23,393 bases of DNA, from positions 1 to 23,393 of the forward strand of contig JAYZBQ010000006.1 in NCBI GenBank assembly GCA_036338695.1, in the 5' to 3' direction. Position numbers and translations under genes: made by a program. Shown in pieces: positions 1-9,600 of the stretch. The notes beneath the pieces are model-generated. The model saw only the letters and a program-made list of their open reading frames with translations. It did not search any database and was not told where the DNA came from. This stretch comes from Myxococcota bacterium (GTDB lineage: Bacteria; Myxococcota; UBA4151). The first letter of the stretch is position 1; every line of letters begins with the position of its first letter.

Positions 1-1470
1 GCCTGCGATGACGGCAACGACGAGCCCAACGACGAGTGCTCCAACAGCTGCGCCCTGCAGATCTGCGGCGACGGCATCTTGCAGCCCGAGCGCGGCGAGA
101 TCTGCGACGACGGCAACACGCTCGACACCGACGCGTGCACCAACCGCTGCCGCCCGGCGGGCTGCGGCGACGGCTCGGTCTGGGAAGGCAACGAGGAGTG
201 CGACGACGGCAACCGAGACAACTTCGACGCCTGCCTCAACACCTGCACGGCGGCGCGCTGCGGCGACGGCGCCCAGCGCCTCGACCTCGAAGAGGGTGAA
301 GAGGGCTATGAAGCCTGTGATGACGGCAACAGCGACTCGGACGACGCCTGCCTGACCACCTGCGTCGCGGCGCGCTGCGGCGACGGGATCTATCGGCGCG
401 ACCTCAACCCCAACCACCCCGACTATGAAGAGTGCGACGACGGCAACGACTCGGACGACGACGAGTGCTCGACCGAGTGCGTCTCCTTAGGCTGCGGCAA
501 CGGCCGCCTCAACGAGGGCGAAGAATGCGATGACGGCAACATCGAAGACGCCGATGCGTGCCGCAACGACTGCACGACGGCGCGCTGCGGTGACGGGGTG
601 ATCCGCCGTGATCTCCAAGAAGGCGAAGAGGCCTTTGAGGCCTGCGACGACGGCAACGAGCTCGACACCGACGCCTGCACCAACATCTGCCGCAACGCCA
701 GCTGCGGGGATGGCATCGTCCGCACCGACATCGCCGAGGGTGAGGACGGACACGAGGTCTGTGATGACGGCAACCAAGTCAACGAAGACGCCTGCAACGC
801 CTGCCAGCTCGCCGTCTGCGGCGACGGCGTCGTGCGTGAGGACGTCGCCGAGGGCGAGGCGGGCTTTGAGAACTGCGATGATCAGAACGAGGTCGACACG
901 GACGCGTGCCGCAACAACTGCATCGCGGCGGTCTGCGGAGACGGGGTGGTGCGAACGGACATCGCGCAAGGTCAGCCCGGCTACGAGGAGTGTGATGACG
1001 GCAACCAGGTCCCCGACGATGACTGCGGCAACACCTGCTTTCCGCCAGGCCAAGGGACCGAGTACCGCATGAGCTTCCCTCAAGGCAGCGTCGGCGCGGC
1101 GCAGTGCAACCCATGGATCGCCTGGCGCAACACGCTCAACGGCGGTCAGGTCTACAACCGCATCCGGTTCGGCCGTGAAGGAGGCGGCGAGGCGACCTGC
1201 AACGGCGCCGCCGCCAACCAGATCTGTCAGGCGCTGCGCACGGCTCAAACCGTTAGCGTTCAGTGCAACGGGGTCTCATGGGGCGTCCGAGCGCAATGTT
1301 CAGCCCAAGCAGGCTTTCGGGCGCAGCCCGAGCTGCACCTGGGCAACGGCGCGTGCAGCTGCACGGGCTCGCGCGCGCTGCGGCCGTGCATCTACAACAA
1401 CAACTGGGGCGGCTTTGACCAGCGCATCTGCAGCGGTGCCGCGCAGCGCCTGTACGTCGCCTGCGAATAG
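1..1470 (+). CDS. Myxococcota Cys-rich repeat (DUF4215-like) surface protein, 5'-truncated; 10 visible CDDGN-type repeats plus a ~140-aa Cys-rich C-terminal domain
   Basis: Frame 1 is open from base 1 ([17 protein letters not shown]...) to TAG at 1468-1470, so the track's TTG start at 79 is internal. The unit CGDG...E[EA]CDDGN...D.C...C recurs. Collinear with the paralogue at 11655-13889. Confidence 0.9.
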   Translation, partial: ACDDGNDEPNDECSNSCALQICGDGILQPERGEICDDGNTLDTDACTNRCRPAGCGDGSVWEGNEECDDGNRDNFDACLNTCTAARCGDGAQRLDLEEGEEGYEACDDGNSDSDDACLTTCVAARCGDGIYRRDLNPNHPDYEECDDGNDSDDDECSTECVSLGCGNGRLNEGEECDDGNIEDADACRNDCTTARCGDGVIRRDLQEGEEAFEACDDGNELDTDACTNICRNASCGDGIVRTDIAEGEDGHEVCDDGNQVNEDACNACQLAVCGDGVVREDVAEGEAGFENCDDQNEVDTDACRNNCIAAVCGDGVVRTDIAQGQPGYEECDDGNQVPDDDCGNTCFPPGQGTEYRMSFPQGSVGAAQCNPWIAWRNTLNGGQVYNRIRFGREGGGEATCNGAAANQICQALRTAQTVSVQCNGVSWGVRAQCSAQAGFRAQPELHLGNGACSCTGSRALRPCIYNNNWGGFDQRICSGAAQRLYVACE

Positions 1471-1488
1471 ACCACTTTGAGCCCAACG

Positions 1489-2262
1489 ATGCGAAGACGC
1501 CAACAGACGAGCCTGCGCTCTGCGACCGCCCTCTGCGTGGCGCTGATCGCCTGCGGTCCGCCCGCCCCCAATGCGGGCGGTGGCGGCGGTGCGGGCGGCG
1601 ACCTCGGCGCGCAGTGCCTCGACCTCACCGGTGATGGAGCCTGTGACCTCGAGCTTGACTCTGCGTGTCTCGGCGGGGAGCACGCAGCGAGCGACCCCGA
1701 GCGGCAAGAGGCTTGCATCCTGATGGCGCTTGCGAACCAAGACCGGCAGCTCTTCGTCGAAGAGTCGGCACACGCCCAAGAGCTCGTCTGGGACGAGCGC
1801 CTGTGGGAGGTGGCGAAGGGGCACGTCGAGGACATGTGCGCGCGCAACTACTTTGAGCACGAGACGCCGGAGGGGCTCTCTCCGACCGACCGGGCGAACG
1901 CGCTCGGCTACGACTTCAGCGTCGCGGAGAACATCGTGGTCAGCGGCAACTCCTACCTCAGCCACTTCCTGTGGATGGACGAGCCGACCTGCACCGGGCA
2001 TCGAGGCAACATCCTCAACCCCAAAAACCAGCGTGTCGGTATCGCCGTGATCCGCTGCATGGAGGGGCGTTGGTCGGGCATGTTGATGGGTGTGCAGAAC
2101 TTCCACATGAACCACGCCGTCCAAGAGTCGGACTACTGCATGCGCGGCGAGACCGCCTGCGAGATGCCGCCCGACCCGATCACGCGTGCAGCAGCCTACT
2201 GTACGAACTGCACCCCCAATGGACCCGAGATGTTGCCTGAGTGGGGCTGTCCGGACGACTAA
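1489..2262 (+). CDS. CAP (SCP/PR-1) domain lipoprotein, Cys-rich
   Basis: Signal peptide with lipobox (MRRRQQTSLRSATALCVALIA-C). CAP motifs: L.WDERL..VA.GH..DM..RNYFEH, AENI, GHRGNIL, VGIA. ATG 1489 preferred over TTG 1477. Confidence 0.85.
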   Translation: MRRRQQTSLRSATALCVALIACGPPAPNAGGGGGAGGDLGAQCLDLTGDGACDLELDSACLGGEHAASDPERQEACILMALANQDRQLFVEESAHAQELVWDERLWEVAKGHVEDMCARNYFEHETPEGLSPTDRANALGYDFSVAENIVVSGNSYLSHFLWMDEPTCTGHRGNILNPKNQRVGIAVIRCMEGRWSGMLMGVQNFHMNHAVQESDYCMRGETACEMPPDPITRAAAYCTNCTPNGPEMLPEWGCPDD

Positions 2263-2810
2263 CGCGCCAGCTGCACCAGCACCAGCGCCCAAAAGGCGAC
2301 GGTCCCCCAGCGAAACCCGAGCCCAAACACCGCCAAGAGCCAGGCGAAGAAGCTGACGAAGGCGACCCCAACCCCGGTCCCGAGACTCAGCACGACCTGG
2401 TGCGGCCAGGCGAGCTCCGCCCAGGGCAGCCCGCGCAGCGCATGACCGAGCGCCACCAAGCCTGTCAAACCACCGACAACCACCAGCAGCGCCACTCGGC
2501 GCAACCGCTTGAGCAAGGGCTGTAGCTGTTCGGGTGAGACAAACCGGACCCGCACGCCGGGGGTGAAGTCCGGTGGGACCCATGCCCCGCCGACGCCTTC
2601 AGCCGCTGGCTCGTGCCAAGGCCCTGCCTGGCGAGAAGGCGGGTCTTTGAGCATGTCATACGCCGCACGCACGCGCTGAAAGCGCGCCGCAGCCTGCTCG
2701 TCGCCAGGGTGTCGATCCGGATGATGCTCGGCCGCTTTGCGGCGGTAAGCACGCCGGATCTCATCGGGGGTTGCGGACTCGTCGAGGCCGAGCTCCTGCC
2801 ACGGGTTCAC
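2259..2810 (-). CDS. J-domain (DnaJ-like, class C) membrane protein
   Basis: N-terminal J domain (NPWQELGL...EIRRAYRRKAAEHHPDRHPGD...FQRVRAAYDML) with an HPD motif, followed by about 3 hydrophobic C-terminal segments. Its stop overlaps the CAP gene stop convergently (2259-2262). Confidence 0.85.
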   Translation of the reverse strand: MNPWQELGLDESATPDEIRRAYRRKAAEHHPDRHPGDEQAAARFQRVRAAYDMLKDPPSRQAGPWHEPAAEGVGGAWVPPDFTPGVRVRFVSPEQLQPLLKRLRRVALLVVVGGLTGLVALGHALRGLPWAELAWPHQVVLSLGTGVGVAFVSFFAWLLAVFGLGFRWGTVAFWALVLVQLAR

Positions 2811-2813
2811 CGA

Positions 2814-3212
2814 TCAGTCCTCAGGCTCAAACACCATGGCGGCGCTGTTGATGCAGTACCGCAACCCCGTCGGCGCAGGTCCATCGTTGAACACGTGCCC
2901 TAGGTGCCCCCCACAGCGATCACACAGCACCTCGGTGCGCACCATAAAGAAGCTGCGGTCCTCTTCCTCACGCAGCGCACCCTCGCCGTCCGCCGAGTGA
3001 AAGCTCGGCCAGCCACAGCCGCTGTCGAACTTCGTCTCATGCGTGAAGAGCTCGCTCTGACAGCCTGCGCAGACATAGCGCCCCGGGCGCTTCTCGTCCC
3101 ACGTCGCCCCAGTGAATGCGCGCTCGGTGCCTTTGTTGCGCAGCACCTCGTACTGCATCGGCGTGAGCAGCGCGCGCCACTGCGCGTCGGTGCGTTTTAC
3201 CTCATCGCTCAT
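2814..3212 (-). CDS. msrB: Peptide-methionine (R)-S-oxide reductase MsrB
   Basis: WRALLTPMQYEVLRNKGTERAFTG, two Zn-binding CxxC motifs (CAGC, CDRC), KFDSGCGWPSF, HLGHVFNDGP and catalytic RYCINS. Start placed at ATG 3212, just after the SDR stop at 3220. Confidence 0.96.
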   Translation of the reverse strand: MSDEVKRTDAQWRALLTPMQYEVLRNKGTERAFTGATWDEKRPGRYVCAGCQSELFTHETKFDSGCGWPSFHSADGEGALREEEDRSFFMVRTEVLCDRCGGHLGHVFNDGPAPTGLRYCINSAAMVFEPED

Positions 3213-3219
3213 GAGCGCC

Positions 3220-3879
3220 TCACCATGGGAGCGTCTCGCCGTTGGCATGCCGGAACCGAGGCTCTTCGCCTGCGACCGCTTCGTCGATCCGAGCCAGCAG
3301 CCCAGCAGCCGCCTCGTCCGCGTCGATGTAGCCATTCCCGCCGGTCATTCCGGTGCGGACAAAACCTGGGTGTAAGATCGCGACCGCCACACCGCGCGGC
3401 GCCAAGTCTCGAGCCAGCGAGACCCCCATCATATTCGCCGCCGCCTTGCTCATCCGGTACCCGTAGCGCGAGCCCGAGGTGTTATCCGCCAGCGAGCCCA
3501 TTCGGCTGGTCACGATCGCGACCTTCGCTCCGTGCGCCAGCCGATCAAGCAGGGTGTGCGTCACTGCGAGCGGCGCCAGCGAGTTGATCTCGAATTGGCG
3601 TCGAATGGCGTCCAAGTTGGGCTCCTCAAGCGTCTCCTTGGTCAGTAAGCCGGCGTTGTTGATCAACAGATCGATGGGGGCAGCGATCGCAGCGCGCAGC
3701 CGCTCAAGGCACGCTGGGTCGGTTACATCGATCCCCTCGAGGACCTCCACACCGGCGCTCTGCAGCGCATCACTGGCTCGGCGGCAGACCGCCAGCACGC
3801 GCCAGCCCTTCGCCGCCAGCTGGCGCGTCAGCTCCAGACCAATCCCTCGATTCGCCCCGGTCACCACGGCATAGCCCAT
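3220..3879 (-). CDS. Classical short-chain dehydrogenase/reductase, CsgA/sniffer-like subgroup
   Basis: VVTGANRGIG Rossmann motif, LINNAG, SRMGSLADNTSGSRYGYRMSKAA (YxxSK) and HPGFVRTGMTGG. GAGGGGG SD lies upstream of ATG 3879. Confidence 0.93.
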   Translation of the reverse strand: MGYAVVTGANRGIGLELTRQLAAKGWRVLAVCRRASDALQSAGVEVLEGIDVTDPACLERLRAAIAAPIDLLINNAGLLTKETLEEPNLDAIRRQFEINSLAPLAVTHTLLDRLAHGAKVAIVTSRMGSLADNTSGSRYGYRMSKAAANMMGVSLARDLAPRGVAVAILHPGFVRTGMTGGNGYIDADEAAAGLLARIDEAVAGEEPRFRHANGETLPW

Positions 3880-3911
3880 CAGATCACCCCCTCGTGCACT
3901 TCTCGACAACA

Positions 3912-3940
3912 CGTGTAGCCTAACGTCTCATCGACGCCAA
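3912..3940 (-). promoter_or_regulatory. Possible sigma70-type promoter for the SDR-msrB-J operon
   Basis: Minus strand reads TTGGCG-17 nt-TACACG, about 32 nt upstream of the SDR start. The last -10 position is not the conserved T. Confidence 0.25.
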
Positions 3941-3990
3941 CTCATCCAAGCGCTCGCCAGCACGAACACCGACTTCAGCGCCTATCGCCG

Positions 3991-6543
3991 CTAAAACTGA
4001 ACCTCAAGGCGTCGACCGGTCGCCACCACGACCAACTCATCGTCGACGAGCACTTGGCACGCCTGGTCACAGGCCCACGGATCTTCAGCGGTCTCCAGCG
4101 TGACCGCCTCACCGTCTGCGGACACGGTCACGCCGTCCGCCGCCACGCCATCCAAGACCACCCGAAAAACGACCTGCCGGGCGCGGCTTTGCTCGACCGA
4201 GATCCGCGTCCCTTGCGCATCCGTGATCTGCGACGCCACCGTCCCATCGGCGAGCTCCAACCGGTCGGCAGGGCCGGTGCTCGTGAGCAGCTCCCACGCT
4301 TCGCCCACCGCGCTCGGGTCAGAGACCTCAGGCGCCTCGGCTTCGACCGACGTCATCAGCTCGGGGTGCGCCAGCGCCAGCACCGAGCCAGCGCGCTGAA
4401 ACAGGGGCATCGTGTCGAGCGGCGCAGCGACCGTGTGGCTCCCGCCATCGAGCACCCGCCGCCGCTGCCACCAGTCGATCCAGCGCCCTTCCGGAAGCAC
4501 CAACGACCGCTCGGTGGCGCCCTCTTCCACCACCGGCGCAGCGACGAGGCGGTCGGCAAAGACGAAGGTGTTCAGATCAGCCCACGCAGCCTCGTTTTGC
4601 GCCACGACACCCACAGGCAAAAGCGGCGGGTGCCCGGTGGTGACGGCTTTCTTGACGATCGCTTCAAGAGTCGGGAGCAGGCGCATGTGCAAGCGAGCAT
4701 AGCGACGGTAGATCGGGATCGCGGTCTCGGTGTCGTACCGATCGTCCCATGGAAAGTGCGTGGCGTCCCCGGTGCCGCCGCCGCCGAGCTGCATCACCGT
4801 CGAGAGCGCGCCAAACTGTGCCCACCTCAGCAGCACCTCGGTGTTCGGGGTCCCGCCTCGGTAGCCACCGATATCCGATCCGTAGAGCGGGTAGCCCGAC
4901 AGCGTCACGCTCAGACCGCCGCTGATCGCTCCAGGCAAACCGCCGATGCTGACGTTTCCGTCATCTTGGACGACACCAGCCGGCTCAAAATCGTTCTCGA
5001 GGTCACCCGGCCAGATCGTCGTGCCGTTGCGCTGGTCGTGGATGCCGCCCGTGCGCGTGATCACGTACCAATCATCGGGGTGCTCCTCCTGCAGCACACG
5101 GATCATGGACTCGTGGAACAGGCGAGCGTAGCGGGTGTGCTGGACCTCGGTGTTGGTGCCATCAAAGAAGACCGGCGTGTCGTTGTGGGCAATGCCCAAC
5201 AGATCGGGGCGCATGGTCTCACAGAAATCGAGCTTAAAGCCGCGAATCCCCATCCTCATGATCGGTCGCGCCAGGTCACCATAGGCTTTGAAGGCCTCTG
5301 GATGCGTAAAATCGGCGAAGCCACCAAAACCACGCCCCCAGGCAAACTCAAACGGCGTGCCCACGGAGGTTTTCACCAGCCACTCCTTCTCTCGCCACTC
5401 TTCAAACAGGTCGCGGCTACCAAATTCTGGCATCCCGACCTGCTGGTCCTCATCGTTCGACGAGTTGATCTGCTCCGTCGCCCAAACGATCGTGCGAAAG
5501 CCTAACCGCTCAGCCTCTGCCAACATGGCTTCAGGGTCCGGGAACTGCACCCGGTTAAACTCAAAGGTGTTGTAACCGGTCGACCAAGGCGCATCGACCC
5601 ACAAGACCGAGCCGGGAATCCCGAGCTCACGGAGACGGCGAGCGTCCTCAAGAAAGCGATCCTGACCGGTGTAGGTGACCTCACCGTCCTCGACGGTCAC
5701 CGCCAACTCGTTGCGCCAGGCTTGAGGGGTCAAGACCCAGCGCGGCGGCATGGGCGGCAGCCCCACCCGGCGAGCGTGCGCGGCGGCGTTGCCCACAATC
5801 GAGTCCAAGCGGAGCCGCATCGGCAAGGTTTTACCCTGCGCTCGAAAGACCATCTCCCCACGGTCGGTCTCGCCCATGTCGATCGCCGCCACTCGCTCGG
5901 TCTCAACCCACAGCCCGAGGCCTTCGGTCGTCGCAATGAAGGGCACGGGGACGTGCTTCTCGTTAAGGCCGCTGGTGGTCTGCGCCGGGGCCTGAAAGTA
6001 GATCTGAGTCGTGCGCCCCATGAGGTCAACGCCCTCAAAGGTCTCGCCAGCGCCCACGGCGTGTACCGGCTGGTCCTCAGGCAGGCGAAAGCAAGTGGCC
6101 ACGAGCGCGACGAGGTCATCGGGCGCCTCGAGCGCAAACTCGGCGTCCACAAAACCTTGTGCGCCTTGCGACAAGCTCAACGTCGCCGATGCGGCCTCCG
6201 TCCCGTCATCGGACCGCAACGCCAGCGTCCATTGACCGTCCCCGGTCACCTCTGCGCTGCGAAGGTGCATCCACACCAAATCCTCGGGCGGCGCCTCAGG
6301 CCCGTGAAAGCGGCGAGGGTCCGTGCCCGGCGGCCTTAGGGCCGCGGAAAATGCCGAACAACGCCCGTCGCCGCCCGTGCTCACCGCCCAGCCCGAATCG
6401 TGCCGCAGCGACAAGACGCCTGTTGCGGCATCGAACGCTACAAAAGTACCGTTATCACTGATCACTTCCGTCCGCAGCGGCAAGGGCTCACCACACGGTG
6501 AACACCCCGCCATCATCACCAACGCCCAGACAAACTGTCTCAT
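3991..6543 (-). CDS. Glycoside hydrolase family 31 (alpha-glucosidase/alpha-xylosidase-like), probable lipoprotein
   Basis: Lipobox-like MRQFVWALVMMAG-C. GH31 motifs: HVPVPF, WVDAPW, QFPDPEAM, nucleophile GFKLDFCE, acid/base WPGD, YGSDIGGY, RWAQFGAL and the C-terminal APV...LPEGRWIDWW...APLDTMPLF.RAGS. Confidence 0.92.
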   Translation of the reverse strand: MRQFVWALVMMAGCSPCGEPLPLRTEVISDNGTFVAFDAATGVLSLRHDSGWAVSTGGDGRCSAFSAALRPPGTDPRRFHGPEAPPEDLVWMHLRSAEVTGDGQWTLALRSDDGTEAASATLSLSQGAQGFVDAEFALEAPDDLVALVATCFRLPEDQPVHAVGAGETFEGVDLMGRTTQIYFQAPAQTTSGLNEKHVPVPFIATTEGLGLWVETERVAAIDMGETDRGEMVFRAQGKTLPMRLRLDSIVGNAAAHARRVGLPPMPPRWVLTPQAWRNELAVTVEDGEVTYTGQDRFLEDARRLRELGIPGSVLWVDAPWSTGYNTFEFNRVQFPDPEAMLAEAERLGFRTIVWATEQINSSNDEDQQVGMPEFGSRDLFEEWREKEWLVKTSVGTPFEFAWGRGFGGFADFTHPEAFKAYGDLARPIMRMGIRGFKLDFCETMRPDLLGIAHNDTPVFFDGTNTEVQHTRYARLFHESMIRVLQEEHPDDWYVITRTGGIHDQRNGTTIWPGDLENDFEPAGVVQDDGNVSIGGLPGAISGGLSVTLSGYPLYGSDIGGYRGGTPNTEVLLRWAQFGALSTVMQLGGGGTGDATHFPWDDRYDTETAIPIYRRYARLHMRLLPTLEAIVKKAVTTGHPPLLPVGVVAQNEAAWADLNTFVFADRLVAAPVVEEGATERSLVLPEGRWIDWWQRRRVLDGGSHTVAAPLDTMPLFQRAGSVLALAHPELMTSVEAEAPEVSDPSAVGEAWELLTSTGPADRLELADGTVASQITDAQGTRISVEQSRARQVVFRVVLDGVAADGVTVSADGEAVTLETAEDPWACDQACQVLVDDELVVVATGRRLEVQF

Positions 6544-6619
6544 CACCAAAGAACTCCCGATCTTTGGCGCCCTCTTGCCTAGCGCCCGCGCACTTCACAA
6601 CGGACGTTTGGCGGGCTAG

Positions 6620-9600
6620 GTGCACGGCGTGTACTCGCTTGGCCCATTCGACATCATGGAACCGATCGGCGAGGGCGGTATGGGGACCGTCTGGCGCGGC
6701 GTGCACCGGGCGCAACAGCTCCCGGTCGCCGTCAAGTTTGTGCTGTCGAAGTCAGCGGGCTCAAATGACCTCATGGAGCGCTTCGCCGACGAGGTCCGGG
6801 CGGTCGCGGGGCTCGACCATCCAGGGATCGTTAGCGTCTTTGACTATGGGCGCGTCCCCGCCGAACTCGAGGCCGCAACGCACGGTCAGCTGATCGCTGA
6901 TTCACCATGGCTGGCGATGGAGCTGATCACAGGCGGCACCTTACGCAGCGCGCCGCCCAAGAACTGGGAGGAGCTGCACGCCTGCATCACCGCGATCCTC
7001 GAGGCGCTCGGTGCGGCGCACGCTCGCGGCATCCTGCACCGCGACCTCAAACCGGATAACGTCCTCTTTGCGGGTCAAAACGACGTGCGCGGCGGCTTAC
7101 GGCTGGTCGATTTTGGGCTCGCCTTTCTTGACGAAGGCCAGGACGACGCCGACGAGCGCAAAGCGGCGGGCACCCCACGCTACATGGCGCCTGAGCAGCT
7201 CCTGTCCCACTGGCGTGATTTTGGTCCGTGGACCGATCTCTACGCGCTCGGCTGCCTAGCCTGGCAGCTGTGCACCGGCGAGACCCCGTTTCAGTCCATG
7301 CGCGACTTCCGTCAGCTGCTGCGCGCCCACCTGCACATGGCGCCGCCTGCGTTCAAACCCATCTTCAAGGTCCCCAAGAGCTTTGAGGTGTGGCTGCGCA
7401 CCTTGCTCGCCAAGCGGCGCACCGACCGCTTCCCCTTCGCCGCCGACGCGCTCAGCGCCCTGCCGGCGATCGACGCAGGCGATCAACAGGCTCGCTTAGT
7501 GAACCTCGGGCCCGACGACGAGACCGAGATCCTCGACAAAACCGTCCCGGATCTCCCATCGGCGGCGTCACTCGACCTCAAGACCGAGAAAACGCTGCTG
7601 AGCGATCAGACCGCGCCGAGCATCGAGATCGAGCGGGTTTCCGGTGGGCTGGAATCACCGACGAGCGGTCTCATCGACCTCGAGCGCACCGTCCCTGAGA
7701 TGCCCGATGAGTGGCTGCGCGCCGGCGACGAGCAGGCTCGACTTCAGATGATCGGCGTCGGGCTCGGGCTCTTTGGGCTGCGACCGACAGCCTTGATCGG
7801 GCGCCAGGATGAGCAGACCGCGCTCTGGGCTGCGCTCAAGGACGTCCGCGCGCACGGCCGCTCGAAGCTGGTGGTGCTCCAAGGCGGTCCGGGCAGCGGC
7901 AAGTCTCGCCTCGCCGATTGGCTCACGACGCGCAGTCACGAGACGGGCGCTGCGATCACGCTGCGCTGCAATCACGACGCGCAGAGCAACTCGAAGTCGG
8001 GGCTCCCCGGAGCGCTGAATCGTTATCTGCACACCGCAGGTCTCAACCGCGAGGAGCTCGAGGACCGGGTCCGAAAGCAGCTTCAGCGCCACGGCGTTGA
8101 GGACCCGTTTGAGCTCCGCGCACTCTGCGACTTCTTGCATCAAGAGAACGAGGCGAGCCTCAGCGACCTCTCGCTGAGCATGCAGTTCCAATCCCCCGAC
8201 GAGCGCCTGGCGCTGTTGATCCGATTTTTGCGCCGCACCGCCTGCCAGCGGCCAGTCATTCTGTGGATGGATGACGTGCAGTGGGGCGACGAGGCGCTTA
8301 TGCTGGCGCAGCGGGTGCAGCGACTCAGCGACCAAGAGCAGCTCCCGGTCATGATCCTCATGACGCTGCGCGACGACCTGATCGATGACCGCCCGTTCGA
8401 GCAGCAGCTGATCAACGAGCTCGACCCGGCGCAGACGCTGCAGCTAGCGATCGCCCCCTTGCCCGACATCGACCAGGTCGCGCTCGTCGAGGACATGCTG
8501 GGGCTCGAGCCCAAGCTGGCGCGTAAGGTCGTGTCGCGCAGCCAAGGCAACCCGCTTTTTGCGATTCAGCTGGTCGGTGACTGGGTCCAGCGCGGCGTCC
8601 TCGAGATCGGCAAAACAGGCTTTGCGCTCAAACCAGGGACCAAGGCGGTCATCCCGAGCAGCATTGCGCAGGTATGGAACGAGCGCATCGACGCGCTCTT
8701 GCGTGAGCTGCCCAGCGACAGCGAGCGGATGCTCGAGCTCGGGGCCGTCCTCGGCAACGAGATCGACCGCGCCGAATGGAGTGACGCCTGCGCCCACGAG
8801 GGGATCGAGCTGGCGCCCGAGCTGATCGAGGGGCTGCTGCGTCGACGGCTCGCTGAGCCCGCTGGCGGAGACCGCTTGCGCCACGCGCACGGGCTGCTCG
8901 GTGAGGCTTTGCTGGCGCGTGCCAAAGCGGCGCACCGAGCCAAAGAACACCACCAAGCCTGCGCGCAGATGCTGACCGCAAAGGCTGGACAGCTCGGGAT
9001 TGCAGAGCGGCGCTCACGGCACCTTATCGCCGCCGGCAGCCACGAAGAGGCGCTCAAGCCGCTGCTGCAAGCGGCGAGCGAGCGGCGGGCATCGAGCGAT
9101 TTTCGCCAGGCGCTCAGGCTGCTCGATATCCACGCCAAGGCATCGAGTCGGCTCAAGCTCTCGAGCGATGACGAGCGGCTGCTCCGCGCGCAGATACGTC
9201 GCTCCGAGATCTACAATGTCCTTGGGCGCAGTGAAGAGAGCAAAGCGCTTGCGGGTCAAACGCTCTCAGCGGCGCGCAAGCTGAATGAGACCTACTTGGT
9301 CGGCGCCTCGTTACGAGTGCTCGGGGTCTCGACGCTCCGATCAGGCGCTACGCAAGATGCTTGGGAAATGTTTGAAGAAGCGCTCAAGCACCTAAACGCA
9401 GTCGATGCGGATGAGCTGATCGTCCAGACCCAGCTCAATCTTGTCGACCTGTCACGTCATGTCGGCTGGTGGGAACAGGGTCTTAAGCACGTGCAACAGA
9501 GTCTCGAGCATGCCAACCGGTTAGGGTCCGATCTGCTCATCGGAAATGCGCACTTCTATTCGGGAACTCTGCAATGGCAGCTCGAAAACCGCCGGGAGGC

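Noticed and set aside
1..1040. Recurring TGCGACGACGGCAAC units as a possible CRISPR or non-coding tandem array
   Set aside because: The units are in-frame codons for CDDGN with synonymous variation and irregular spacing, so they are protein repeats. No cas genes are present.
3220..3879. Assigning the gene symbol csgA (C-signal) to the SDR
   Set aside because: The motifs place it in the CsgA-like subgroup, but this subgroup is widespread and orthology cannot be shown without a phylogeny.
4054..5505. 483-aa + strand ORF inside the GH31 gene, and other long overlapping ORFs (1300-2583, 17319-18266, 21461-22303)
   Set aside because: No recognisable motifs, Arg/Ala/Gly-rich shadow composition, and full overlap with well-supported opposite-strand genes.
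6564..6578. Sigma54-like TGGC...TTGC upstream of the kinase gene
   Set aside because: GG-to-GC spacing is 9 nt instead of the strictly required 10.
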